The translations under genes were made by a program, and so were the position numbers. The notes beneath the pieces are model-generated. The model did not search any database and was not told the origin of the DNA. It saw only the letters and a program-made list of their open reading frames with translations. Shown in pieces: positions 13,769 through 25,806 of a stretch of DNA of 64,000 bases (position 1 is the stretch's first letter; every line of letters begins with the position of its first letter). The stretch is taken from contig CAVYJL010000002.1 in the NCBI GenBank assembly GCA_963768865.1, positions 258,567-322,566 of the forward strand, in the 5' to 3' direction. The stretch is from an uncultured Coriobacteriia bacterium. Its GTDB lineage: Bacteria; Actinomycetota; Coriobacteriia; Anaerosomatales; CAVYJL01.

Positions 13769-15209
13769 ATGGCCCCTTACAAGGGAACGAGGCGTGCGAT
13801 GGGTCGCTCCGCGGGCAGAAGCCCGCAGAGCCTTCCCCCCATCCAGCCCCAGTCGTCGTTCAGTGAGACACCGCAGCAGGCGGCCAGCCGCCAGCGCGGC
13901 GTGTCGCTGACGCGGCAGGTCCAGGCATCGAGGCGCGCCGTCTTCTGGCGCAGGTTCGCCGTCATCGCCGCGGTCATCGTCGTGTTCGCCCTGGTGGGGA
14001 CCGCCTTGGGCGGCTTCCTGTACGTCCAGGGCGTGCAGAGCGCCATGACCAAGAAGCTTAAGGAGTGGGCTGGAACTCCACCGGGACCGCCGCACAGCAG
14101 GTCGCCCCGAGCCAGCCCTTCTGGCTCGTGCTCATGGGCGTGGACACACGGCCCAACGAGACGATCCGCGCGCTCGGACACCTTGGTCATGGCCTACGTG
14201 GACCCGCCGCATAAGAGGATGACACTGATATCCATCCCTCGTGACACGAGGGCGAAGATACCCTGGGCACGGGACCATGAAGATCAACTCGGCTGCTCAG
14301 CTTGGCGGACCCGAACTGGTGAAGCAGACCCTGCTAGACCTCACGGGTATCCAGGCCAACCACTTCGTCATGGTGGACTTCAACGGCTTCAAGGACATGG
14401 TCGACGCCATCGGCGGCGTCTACATCAACGTGCCCACGCGCATCTTCGACCCTGAAGCCGCGAACCACGACTACACCGCGGAGCTCATCCTGCCGGGCTA
14501 CAAGAAGCTCGACGGCAAGCACGCGCTCACGTTCGTCCGCGCGCGCAAGGGCTTCGCCCAGGGCGACTTCCAGCGGATCGAGAACCAGCAGGCGTTCATC
14601 AAGGCCTTGGCCAAGCAGACGCTGCAGATACAGAACCTGTTCCGGGCCAATGCCATCGTCGACGCGGTCGTGAAGAACGTGACGACCGACATGAAGCTCA
14701 ACGAGCTCATGGACCTCGCCACGCAGTTCAGGGGCAACGGGACTTCGATCGAGGCCACGACGATCCCCTCGTATCCCAAGTACATCGGCGGGGTGGCGTA
14801 CGTCATCACCGACAAGGCAAAGGTGCAAGCCCTGTTCGCCCGGGTCCAGAATGGCGAGTCCATCGAGTCCACGGCAGCAGCGGGCTCTTCGGCAACGAGC
14901 GGCGCCGTGGGCGCGACGGCTCCCGCAGGCGCCGCGGACACCACCGTCATCGTTCGCAACGGGACGACCACGACCGGAGTGGCCAAGACGGCGGCCGCCA
15001 AGTTGACGTCCAAGGGCTTCCAGATCAAAGAAGTGGGCAACGCGCAGCGCAAGGTCTACGACCAAACGCTCATCGTCTACAAGACCGACCCCACCAAGGC
15101 GCAGCTCGTGGCCGACGACCTCGGCTACGGGCGCCTCGTGCAGTCGCTGGGGCGCTATTCCTTCAACACGGACGTGCTCGTGGTGGTCGGAGCCGACTAC
15201 AAGAAGTAG
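13769..15209 (+). pseudogene. LytR-CpsA-Psr (LCP) family cell-wall glycopolymer ligase, 3 frame breaks (~14096, ~14171, ~14263)
   Basis: N-terminal TM (FAVIAAVIVVFALVGTALGGFLYV), then QVAPSQPFWLVLMGVDTRPNETIR / SDTLVMAYVDPPHKRMTLISIPRDTRAKIP / GHGTMKINSAAQLGGPELVKQTLLDLTGIQANHFVMVDFNGFKDMVDAIGGV...GDFQRIENQQAF. Confidence 0.85.
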
Positions 15210-15346
15210 CGCGTAGAGGTCGGAGTCCGTCGCTTCGCGGTGACGGAATGCGCACGGGGCACACGGCCGGGTTGTTGCCTCACGGGCCCCACCGCTAGAA
15301 TCCGGCCGGAACCGTATCCGAACACCCACTCGAGCCAGGGGAGCCG

Positions 15347-15817
15347 ATGACCGAGACCGGCCGTCGACCAGGACGACTTCAGCTTGCGATCCTCATCCTT
15401 CTCGTAGCCTGTGTGGCGCTGGGCGCGGGCCTGGTCTTCTTCGGCGTGGGAGCGCAGCTCTCCGCGCCCAAGACGGTGACCGTGCTCGTCCAGGCTGACG
15501 ACGTCCGCCCGGTGATAGCCGACCAGGTCAAGGCCGGCGATCCCATCTACACCGATTTCGCCGGGATGTATGTGGGCCGCGTGACCAAGGTCCAGCAGAC
15601 CCGTGACGAGAAGGCGGTGCCCGATGCCGCGGGCAACCTCCACGTCGCCACCGACCCGCTCCACGTCCAGCTCAACGTCACGGTCGAAGGCCCCGGCCGC
15701 GAGGGCGACGGCATCATCGCCATGAGCAGCCAGGTCCTGCAGGCGGGTTCGTCGTTCTCGATCATCTCGGACCGCTATTTCATCCGAGGGACGGTGCTCG
15801 AGATCCATGCCCGCTGA
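15347..15817 (+). CDS. Small membrane-anchored beta-rich protein (possibly DUF4330-like), paralogue of 17169-17630
   Basis: 156 aa. One N-terminal TM (LQLAILILLVACVALGAGLVFFGV). Alignable by eye to the 17169-17630 product. Overlaps the next gene by 11 nt. Confidence 0.6.
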   Translation: MTETGRRPGRLQLAILILLVACVALGAGLVFFGVGAQLSAPKTVTVLVQADDVRPVIADQVKAGDPIYTDFAGMYVGRVTKVQQTRDEKAVPDAAGNLHVATDPLHVQLNVTVEGPGREGDGIIAMSSQVLQAGSSFSIISDRYFIRGTVLEIHAR

Positions 15818-17132
15818 TCGAGTGACGACTCCCTCCGTGGAGATCGCTTCGCCCCCTGCCGAGGCCGCGCCCTGGTGGCGCGACCCGCGTTCGTGGCTCT
15901 CGCCCTTCGCGGTGCTCTTGTACTTCTACGTGGGGTACCTGGCGGTGGTCTACGCCGGGTTCGACAAGTACCTGTACTTCGAGCTCATGAACCTGGGCAC
16001 GAGGATCATCGGTTTCAAGCCCACCACGCTCACGCTGCTCGTCTATCTGTTCGGTGCGATGACGCTGGTGCTGGGCTTCCTGTTCGGGATCTGGGCGGGT
16101 CGCGGCGTGTCCTCGCGGCCGCGGTCGATGGCCAGTCGCGATGCCGAGATCTCCGTGGTGAGCACGTTGCCTCGGCGACGCTTCTACAAGCGTTGGAGCC
16201 CGCTGTTCACCGTCGGCGTGATCGGGTGGACGGTCGCGATCGCGGCCAACCTCTCCGTGATCGTCCTGTCCGGCGCCTCGATCGTGAGCATCGGGTCGCG
16301 GTGGGCCCAGAGCCCTGAACTCGTTCTGGCCGCCGCTTTCCAGGCGTTCTTCGTCCCGTGTCTGCTCGTGGGCGCGCGCAGCCGTTGGCAGCGCGTGTTC
16401 GCGGTGTTCGCGTTCGTCGCGGCGACCGTTGCGCTGGGTCTGCTCGGCGCGCGCAACCTGCCTGCCAAGCTCGTGATCGCGACGTTCCTGGCCTCGGTGT
16501 ACGTGGTCAAGCCGCGCAACCTCGGCAGGCTTGCGATCGTCTTCCTCATCGTGCTCGTGGCGGCGATGGGGATCATCGGCGCGGTGTCCAAGTCGGGCAT
16601 CTACGGGCCCACCGCCACCGTGGGGCTGGCGCTGGCCCTGACGCAGTCCGACTCCACGGGCAGCTTCTACAACCTGGACCGAGTCGTTCGAACGTCGCCG
16701 TGGTACGGGGTGTACGGCGGCAAACTGCTGGTGGACTCGTTCCTGTCCGCCGTCCCCAAGCAGAACGCGGACTACGCCAACTACCAGCTGGGCAAGTATC
16801 TGGCCGGCCGAAGCTACTTCGTGATCAACGGCGTGCGCATCGACCGTTCGGTGAGCCTGGCGCCCACGCTCGTGGGCGCGCCCTACGGCGACATGGGAGT
16901 GCCGGGGGTGGCCATGCAGATGCTCTTCCTGGGATTCGTCTTCGGGTATCTCCAGCGGCGCGCCAAGGAGTTCCGCTGGACCATACCGTTCTTGGTCCTG
17001 TTCGCCGCCTACGTCATCAACGGCGTCAACGCGGGTGTCCATAACCCGCACGCCATCATCGTGTCCTGCCTCATCTTGGTGTTCATCGTCGTGGACGTCG
17101 TGGTCGCGGTCCTACCGCGCCGCGGCGATTGA
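15807..17132 (+). CDS. Polytopic membrane protein, oligosaccharide repeat-unit (Wzy-type) polymerase candidate
   Basis: 441 aa with about 10-12 hydrophobic segments and one large loop. Located inside a glycan locus between an LCP gene and a GT4 gene. No soluble-domain motifs. Confidence 0.5.
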   Translation: MPADRVTTPSVEIASPPAEAAPWWRDPRSWLSPFAVLLYFYVGYLAVVYAGFDKYLYFELMNLGTRIIGFKPTTLTLLVYLFGAMTLVLGFLFGIWAGRGVSSRPRSMASRDAEISVVSTLPRRRFYKRWSPLFTVGVIGWTVAIAANLSVIVLSGASIVSIGSRWAQSPELVLAAAFQAFFVPCLLVGARSRWQRVFAVFAFVAATVALGLLGARNLPAKLVIATFLASVYVVKPRNLGRLAIVFLIVLVAAMGIIGAVSKSGIYGPTATVGLALALTQSDSTGSFYNLDRVVRTSPWYGVYGGKLLVDSFLSAVPKQNADYANYQLGKYLAGRSYFVINGVRIDRSVSLAPTLVGAPYGDMGVPGVAMQMLFLGFVFGYLQRRAKEFRWTIPFLVLFAAYVINGVNAGVHNPHAIIVSCLILVFIVVDVVVAVLPRRGD

Positions 17133-17168
17133 CCGGCGGCCGCCGTCCTAGCCTCAGGAGCCTGAACC

Positions 17169-17630
17169 ATGAAACGCGCACCCTTCCTGTTCGCCGTCGT
17201 CGCCCTGTGCGCGGTCGTCGTGCTCGCCGGCTGCTCCAAGGGCACCAAGAGCTCCGGACTGGCCGGAGGGTCACAGCACGTGACGACGATCATGGTCGCG
17301 CAGCAGGTCAACCCCGACGTGGTGGGCTCGTTCAAGGTGGGCGACCAGCTGCGCCACAAGGACAGCGGCGCGGTCATAGGCACCATCGAGTCCGTGACGA
17401 CATCGCCCACCGTCCAGGCGGTACCCACCGCCGGTGGCGACCTCAAGGCTTCGGCGTCGCCCGTGATCGTGGACGTGCGCATGAAGATCGCGGGTGACGC
17501 CAACGTCACAGACAAGGGCGTGTCGTTCTCCGGGACGTACCTGTACGCCAACGAGATCGACCGGTTCCTGACCAAGAACGTACAGTTCGACGGCCTGGTG
17601 GTGAGCATCACGCCCGGCGGGTCGCAGTAG
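17169..17630 (+). CDS. Lipoprotein, paralogue of 15347-15817 (possibly DUF4330-like)
   Basis: 153 aa. Lipobox VVLAGCSKG. Same length and same spacing of the V.P.V...K.GD...G..G.....V...AVP.A.G.L...P..V motifs as the upstream paralogue. Confidence 0.6.
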   Translation: MKRAPFLFAVVALCAVVVLAGCSKGTKSSGLAGGSQHVTTIMVAQQVNPDVVGSFKVGDQLRHKDSGAVIGTIESVTTSPTVQAVPTAGGDLKASASPVIVDVRMKIAGDANVTDKGVSFSGTYLYANEIDRFLTKNVQFDGLVVSITPGGSQ

Positions 17631-20940
<3,310 letters not shown>

Positions 20941-20943
20941 GCC

Positions 20944-22200
20944 ATGCCTATCGAGGACCGCATCCCGCGAACCATCTGGTGGGAGGAAGGCGAGGGCGAC
21001 GAGCCCGCCCGCGTCATGCTCGTGGACCAGACGCGTCTGCCGCTCCAAGGCGACATCCTGGTGTGCAACATCTATGACGGCCTGTGTCTCGCCATCAAGT
21101 CCATGGCCGTGCGCGGCGCGCCCGCGCTGGGCGTGGCGGCGGCCATGGGCATCGCCCTGTGGGTCCGCAACGAGTCCGACGGCTACGACACCATGGACAC
21201 GTTCCTGGCTGGCCTGGACGACGTGGCGCAGGACCTCTCCGAGGCCCGGCCCACGGCTGTGAACCTCTCGTGGGGAGCCGAGCGCATCCGCGCCTACGCC
21301 CACGCCAACGACGACAGGCCCCTCGAGGAGCTCAAGGAGCTCATAGTCGCCGAGGCGCTCGCCGTTGCGGCCGAGGACGAAGCCGGCAACCGTCGCATCG
21401 GCGAGCTCGGGGCGGCTTTGCTGTCGGAGAAGAGCCGCATCCTCACACATTGCAACGCCGGCTCGCTCGCCACGTCGTACTTCGGCACGGCCGTTGGAGT
21501 GATCTTCTCGGCACACGAGCAGGGCAAGATCGACCACGTGTGGGTGGACGAGACCCGTCCCGTCCTCCAGGGGGCACGTTTGACCGCCTGGGAGCTCATG
21601 CTCGCCGAGGTGCCGTGCGCGATCATCACCGACAACATGGCCGCGTCCGTCATGGGCCAGGGCCTCGTGGATGCCGTGATCGTGGGCGCGGACCGCATCG
21701 CCGCCAACGGCGACACCGCCAACAAGATAGGCACCTACGGCCTCGCTGTCCTGGCCAAGCATCATGGGATCCCCTTCTACGTCGCCGCGCCCACCTCCAC
21801 CCTGGACCTGACTCTGCCCGACGGGTCTGACATCCCGATCGAGGAGCGCGACCCCCGCGAGGTCGCTGGGTTCACCGTCTCGGGCACCTTCGAGCCCGAC
21901 ACTCCCGACGCCTCCAAGGCGTTCGACAAGCTCACCGAGGACGGCGCCTACTTCTTCGAGATGGCCAAGGGCCACCAGTTCGGCATAGAGCGCAAGGGCG
22001 GCGCGTACCGCTTCGACGGCTGGTTCCGGGTGACCCCGCCCGGGGTCCCGGTGTACAACCCGGCCTTCGACGTGACGCCGGCGTCGCTGATCACGGCGAT
22101 CATCACGGAGCGCGGGGTCGCCCGTCCGTCCGCCGAGGGGGACTTCACGGCCACCCTGTCGGATATCGGGAACGCCTCGGCAGACCCGGCCGAGTCCTAG
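20944..22200 (+). CDS. mtnA: S-methyl-5-thioribose-1-phosphate isomerase (eIF-2B alpha/beta/delta-like family) with ~45-aa internal insertion
   Basis: 418 aa. AVRGAPALGVAAAMG, THCNAGSLAT, VIVGADRIAANGDTANKIGTY, VYNPAFDVTPASLITAIITERGV. Confidence 0.88.
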   Translation: MPIEDRIPRTIWWEEGEGDEPARVMLVDQTRLPLQGDILVCNIYDGLCLAIKSMAVRGAPALGVAAAMGIALWVRNESDGYDTMDTFLAGLDDVAQDLSEARPTAVNLSWGAERIRAYAHANDDRPLEELKELIVAEALAVAAEDEAGNRRIGELGAALLSEKSRILTHCNAGSLATSYFGTAVGVIFSAHEQGKIDHVWVDETRPVLQGARLTAWELMLAEVPCAIITDNMAASVMGQGLVDAVIVGADRIAANGDTANKIGTYGLAVLAKHHGIPFYVAAPTSTLDLTLPDGSDIPIEERDPREVAGFTVSGTFEPDTPDASKAFDKLTEDGAYFFEMAKGHQFGIERKGGAYRFDGWFRVTPPGVPVYNPAFDVTPASLITAIITERGVARPSAEGDFTATLSDIGNASADPAES

Positions 22201-22224
22201 GGGCTCGCGCCCGGCAGCGTCGCC

Positions 22225-23142
22225 ATGAGCGCGAGCCTCATCTCACTCGCCGAGGTAGTCGCCCGAATCCTGCTGCTCGTGGGCGTGGGCGTGGTGCTGC
22301 GCGCGACCGGGCTGCTCCCGCGCCGGGCGTCCGAGACCCTCAACACCGTCCTCCTCTACGTCGCGATCCCGGCGCTCGTCTTCGACGCGATCTACCCGGC
22401 GAAGATCGACTACACGTTCCTGGGCGAGGTGGGGATCGCGTGGGCCGTGGGTCTCGCCGGGCTGCTCCTCGCCTGGGTGGCCGGGCGCGCCATGCGCCTG
22501 CCGCGGCCGGCCCTGGGTGCGTTCATGCTGGTCGCCGCGTTGGGCAACACGGGCTATCTGGGCTATCCCATCGTGAGCCAGCTGTTCGGCGAACCCGGGC
22601 TCGTGCGCGCGGTGTTCTACGACGTCTTCGGGACCGTGCTCATCCTGCTCACGCTGGGGCTTTTCGTCGCCGCCCGGATGGGGGAGCGTGCCGAGCGGGT
22701 CAACCTGCTCAGGGAGATCGTGACCTTCCCGGTCGTGATCGCCGTGGTGGCGGCGCTGCTGCTCAAGCCGGTCCCGATTCCGACTCTGGTAACCGGCTGG
22801 TTGGACGCGCTCGCCAAAATGACCGTGCCACTCATCATGATCTCGCTGGGGCTCACCCTCGACTGGGGCAAGCTGCGCGGCCACATGGCATGGAGCGGCG
22901 CCGCGGCGGCGATCAAGCTCGCCATCGTGCCGTTGCTGGCCTGGGGTCTCGCGATGCTGTTCATCCGCGAGCCCCTGCTGGTGCGAGTGTCGGTCCTAGA
23001 GGCGGGCATGCCGAGCATGATGCTGTCGCTGGTGGTCGCGGCGCGCTTTGGCCTGGACCTCGAATTCACCGCGTCGGCGATCATGCTCACGACGGTCGCG
23101 TCCGCCGTGACGCTGCCGCTGCTCATGCTGGTGATGCGCTAG
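22225..23142 (+). CDS. AEC (auxin efflux carrier) family transporter
   Basis: 305 aa with ~10 TM segments and N/C-half repeat organisation typical of the AEC/membrane transport protein family. Confidence 0.75.
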   Translation: MSASLISLAEVVARILLLVGVGVVLRATGLLPRRASETLNTVLLYVAIPALVFDAIYPAKIDYTFLGEVGIAWAVGLAGLLLAWVAGRAMRLPRPALGAFMLVAALGNTGYLGYPIVSQLFGEPGLVRAVFYDVFGTVLILLTLGLFVAARMGERAERVNLLREIVTFPVVIAVVAALLLKPVPIPTLVTGWLDALAKMTVPLIMISLGLTLDWGKLRGHMAWSGAAAAIKLAIVPLLAWGLAMLFIREPLLVRVSVLEAGMPSMMLSLVVAARFGLDLEFTASAIMLTTVASAVTLPLLMLVMR

Positions 23143-23261
23143 CGGGAGCGGACCGCCGGCGCGCCGCACGCGCCCGACCGCGTGTGCCATGCCGGCGTGC
23201 CGTCGCGATCCGCGGGGAGTGGCGCGTCGCCGCGCGCCCCGCGGCCCGTGAAGGAGGCCGT

Positions 23262-24005
23262 GTGATCGCCGTGACGCTCGAGACGCTGCGCGACGGGCTG
23301 CTCGACCTCGTTGCACCCACCCGCTGCGCCGGCTGCGAGTACCCTGGCGTGCTGTTGTGCCCCGGGTGCTCGGCGAGGCTCGAGACAATAGTCGCGGAGC
23401 GCGCCTGCCCTAGGTGTGGCGCGCCTGAATGCCGACGCCGGTGTCATGAGTGCCGGGAGCGCGACTTCTCGTTCGCCGCCGCCCGGAGCGCGGTCGTGTT
23501 CGACGGCCCGGCTCCCCGCATCGTGGTTTTGCACAAGGACGCCTCGGAACGCCGGCTGTCGAGGGTGATGGCCCGGTCCATGGCCGTCGCGGCCGGCGAA
23601 TGGGCCCGATGGGCGGACGCGGTGGTCGGAGTCCCGGCCTCACCCGCGGCCGTGGTCAGGCGTGGATACGATCACGGGGCCGACCTCGCCGCCGCGGTGG
23701 CCGCCGAGCTCGGACTGCCCGTGGCCGCGCCCATCCGCTGTGACACCGCCCGCGACCAGCGCGACCTCACTCGAGCCGGCCGCGCGCGAAACGCCCGGTT
23801 CACCGCGGATCCGCCGCCTCCCCGTCGCACGTTCCTGAGCGCCCCCGCCCCCGAGCGTGCCGAGGTCCTCGCTCCGGCCAAGGTGCTGCTCGTAGACGAC
23901 GTGTTCACGACGGGCGCGACCTGTGACGCGGCGGCCGCGACGCTCATCGGCGCGGGCACCGGCGAGGTACGCGTGCTGTCGTTCGCGCGCGTCCTGAGAG
24001 CGTAG
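23262..24005 (+). CDS. ComF-family phosphoribosyltransferase-domain protein
   Basis: GTG after aaggagg. N-terminal Cys clusters (CAGCEYPGVLLCPGC...CPRCG...CHEC). C-terminal PRPP-binding loop VLLVDDVFTTGAT. The part of ORF 22440-24005 upstream of 23262 is out-of-frame overlap with the AEC gene. Confidence 0.85.
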   Translation: MIAVTLETLRDGLLDLVAPTRCAGCEYPGVLLCPGCSARLETIVAERACPRCGAPECRRRCHECRERDFSFAAARSAVVFDGPAPRIVVLHKDASERRLSRVMARSMAVAAGEWARWADAVVGVPASPAAVVRRGYDHGADLAAAVAAELGLPVAAPIRCDTARDQRDLTRAGRARNARFTADPPPPRRTFLSAPAPERAEVLAPAKVLLVDDVFTTGATCDAAAATLIGAGTGEVRVLSFARVLRA

Positions 24006-24126
24006 TCGTGGCTCGGTGTGTCTTTATCTTTGCAGGCCAGGGGCACCCGAACAACGTATCCGTTTCCCTCGGCGGGATTGGGACGAGCGGAGTGCCGGGA
24101 AGGAACTGCGCATCGTGGACCCGACC

Positions 24127-25464
24127 ATGGAGGTGGATCGCATGGGCACGCATGCGCTCACAGCCCAAGACGAAGAGATCGCCGGTTCCCAGCGCGAGGG
24201 CGGTCGTCCCTCGGCCGTGAGGCTGCTCGACGAGATGCTCGAGGGCGCGGGAGGGCGGGACTTCGCCGTCCGCCTGTGGGACGGCGCGGCGGTGCCGGCG
24301 GCCGATGGAGGGCGCGGAGCGTTCACCCTGCTCTTGAACACCCCCGGTGCGCTGCGGAGCATGTTCGTCCCGCCCAGCGACCTGTCTCTCGGCGAGGCCT
24401 ACATCTACGGCGACTTCGACGTCGAGGGTGACCTCGAGCGGGTCTTCGACGTGTTCGACCGGCTGCGCACCGCGAGGTGGGATCCGCAACGCGTGCTGCG
24501 GCTGGCGGCGGGCCTGGTCACGCAGACCGGGGGGTCGGCGCGCGAATCGGGCCGCGCGGCCCGGGTGCAGGGAGCTGCCCACAGTCGCGAGCGGGACAAG
24601 CAGGCTATCGGCTATCACTACGACGTGGGCAACGACTTCTACCGGCTGTGGCTCGACGACCGCATGGTCTACTCGTGCGCCTACTTCCCCGAACCGGAGA
24701 CTCCGCTCGACGACGCCCAGACCGCGAAGCTCGACCTCATCTGCCGCAAGCTGGACCTGCATCCCGGCGACACCCTGCTCGACATAGGTTGCGGCTGGGG
24801 CGGCCTCGTGACGCACGCCGCCGAGAACTACGGCGTCCAGGCCACAGGGGTCACGCTGTCCGAGGAGCAGGCCGCCTATGCCGAGGAGCGGGTCGCGCGG
24901 TTGGGCCTGGGCGATTCGTGCCGGATCGAGGTGCGCGACTATCGTGACCTCGACGGCACGTTCGACAAGGTCGCGAGCGTGGGGATGTTCGAGCATGTAG
25001 GCGAGGGGAAGCTCCCCGACTACTTCGGCAAGGTGTGCGACGTTCTGGCCCCGGACGGCCTGTTCCTCAACCACGGGATCGCCACGGAAGAACGCCGGCC
25101 CAAGCACAACCGGGAGACCTTCATCCAGCGATACGTCTTCCCCGACGGCGAACTGCTCCCCCTCGCGTCCGCGCTGTCCACGGCGTGGGAGGCCGGGTTC
25201 GAAGTGCGTGACGTCGAGAGCCTGCGCGAGCACTACGCCGCTACCCTGCGGCATTGGGTGTCGCGCCTGGAGCGCCAAGAACGCCGCGCGTGCGACGTGA
25301 CGTGCGACGTGACGTACCGGATCTGGAAGCTCTACATGACGGGGGCGGCTCACGCCTTCTCAGAGGGCACGATCAGCGTGTACCAGACGCTCCTCGCCAA
25401 GCGCGATGGCGCGTCGCGGCGGCCGCCCGTGACCCGGAAGCACTGGTACGCAGCCGAGTCCTAG
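24127..25464 (+). CDS. cfa: Cyclopropane-fatty-acyl-phospholipid synthase family SAM methyltransferase
   Basis: HYDVGNDFYRLWLDDRMVYSCAYF, LLDIGCGWGG, VASVGMFEHVG, IQRYVFPDGELLP, WKLYMTGAAHAF. Start is ATG 24127 or 24142. Confidence 0.9.
   Translation: MEVDRMGTHALTAQDEEIAGSQREGGRPSAVRLLDEMLEGAGGRDFAVRLWDGAAVPAADGGRGAFTLLLNTPGALRSMFVPPSDLSLGEAYIYGDFDVEGDLERVFDVFDRLRTARWDPQRVLRLAAGLVTQTGGSARESGRAARVQGAAHSRERDKQAIGYHYDVGNDFYRLWLDDRMVYSCAYFPEPETPLDDAQTAKLDLICRKLDLHPGDTLLDIGCGWGGLVTHAAENYGVQATGVTLSEEQAAYAEERVARLGLGDSCRIEVRDYRDLDGTFDKVASVGMFEHVGEGKLPDYFGKVCDVLAPDGLFLNHGIATEERRPKHNRETFIQRYVFPDGELLPLASALSTAWEAGFEVRDVESLREHYAATLRHWVSRLERQERRACDVTCDVTYRIWKLYMTGAAHAFSEGTISVYQTLLAKRDGASRRPPVTRKHWYAAES
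25291..25314 (+). repeat. Perfect 12-bp tandem duplication inside cfa
   Basis: tgcgacgtgacg occurs twice in a row, encoding CDVT-CDVT in frame. Confidence 0.9.
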
Positions 25465-25806
25465 GGTCGCGCCCTCTTCGCAGACCTCCACCACGGAACG
25501 CGCGCGGGCGTGTCGGCGCAGCGTGCTAGACTCGTCTGGCTCCTACCCGGGTCTGTGGTTGCGGAGCCGCTCTCGGGCGGCTCCTAGTCCATGGTAGATG
25601 CGGCCGAAAGGATCCACGTAAACGAGGCTCTAGGGCTTCGTGAGCATGGCGCGTCTTAGGGGTAAGTCGTACCGTCCGCTAAGGGTCGCATCCCGCGGCC
25701 CCGGGCGAGAGGGCCGGTAGTGAGATCACATCAAGCGGAAGCCCCAGTGCGCGAGTGTGGGGTCAAAGACCAGGTCAGCCGGGTAGGAGCACCCCCGATC
25801 CTGCGC

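Noticed and set aside
22440-23261. N-terminal 270 codons of the 521-aa ORF 22440-24005, and likewise the upstream extensions of ORFs 47604-48965 and 47951-49975.
   Set aside because: These extensions overlap the preceding conserved genes out of frame and are Arg/Gly/Pro-rich. Internal starts with Shine-Dalgarno sequences give proteins of normal length.
25620-25720. ykkC-family (guanidine/ppGpp/PRPP) or ZTP riboswitch resemblance.
   Set aside because: Only short partial matches (ctagggcttcg, gggtcg, ccccgggcgagag) in the wrong order and spacing. The downstream gene context does not fit ZTP. Kept only as an unassigned structured spacer.
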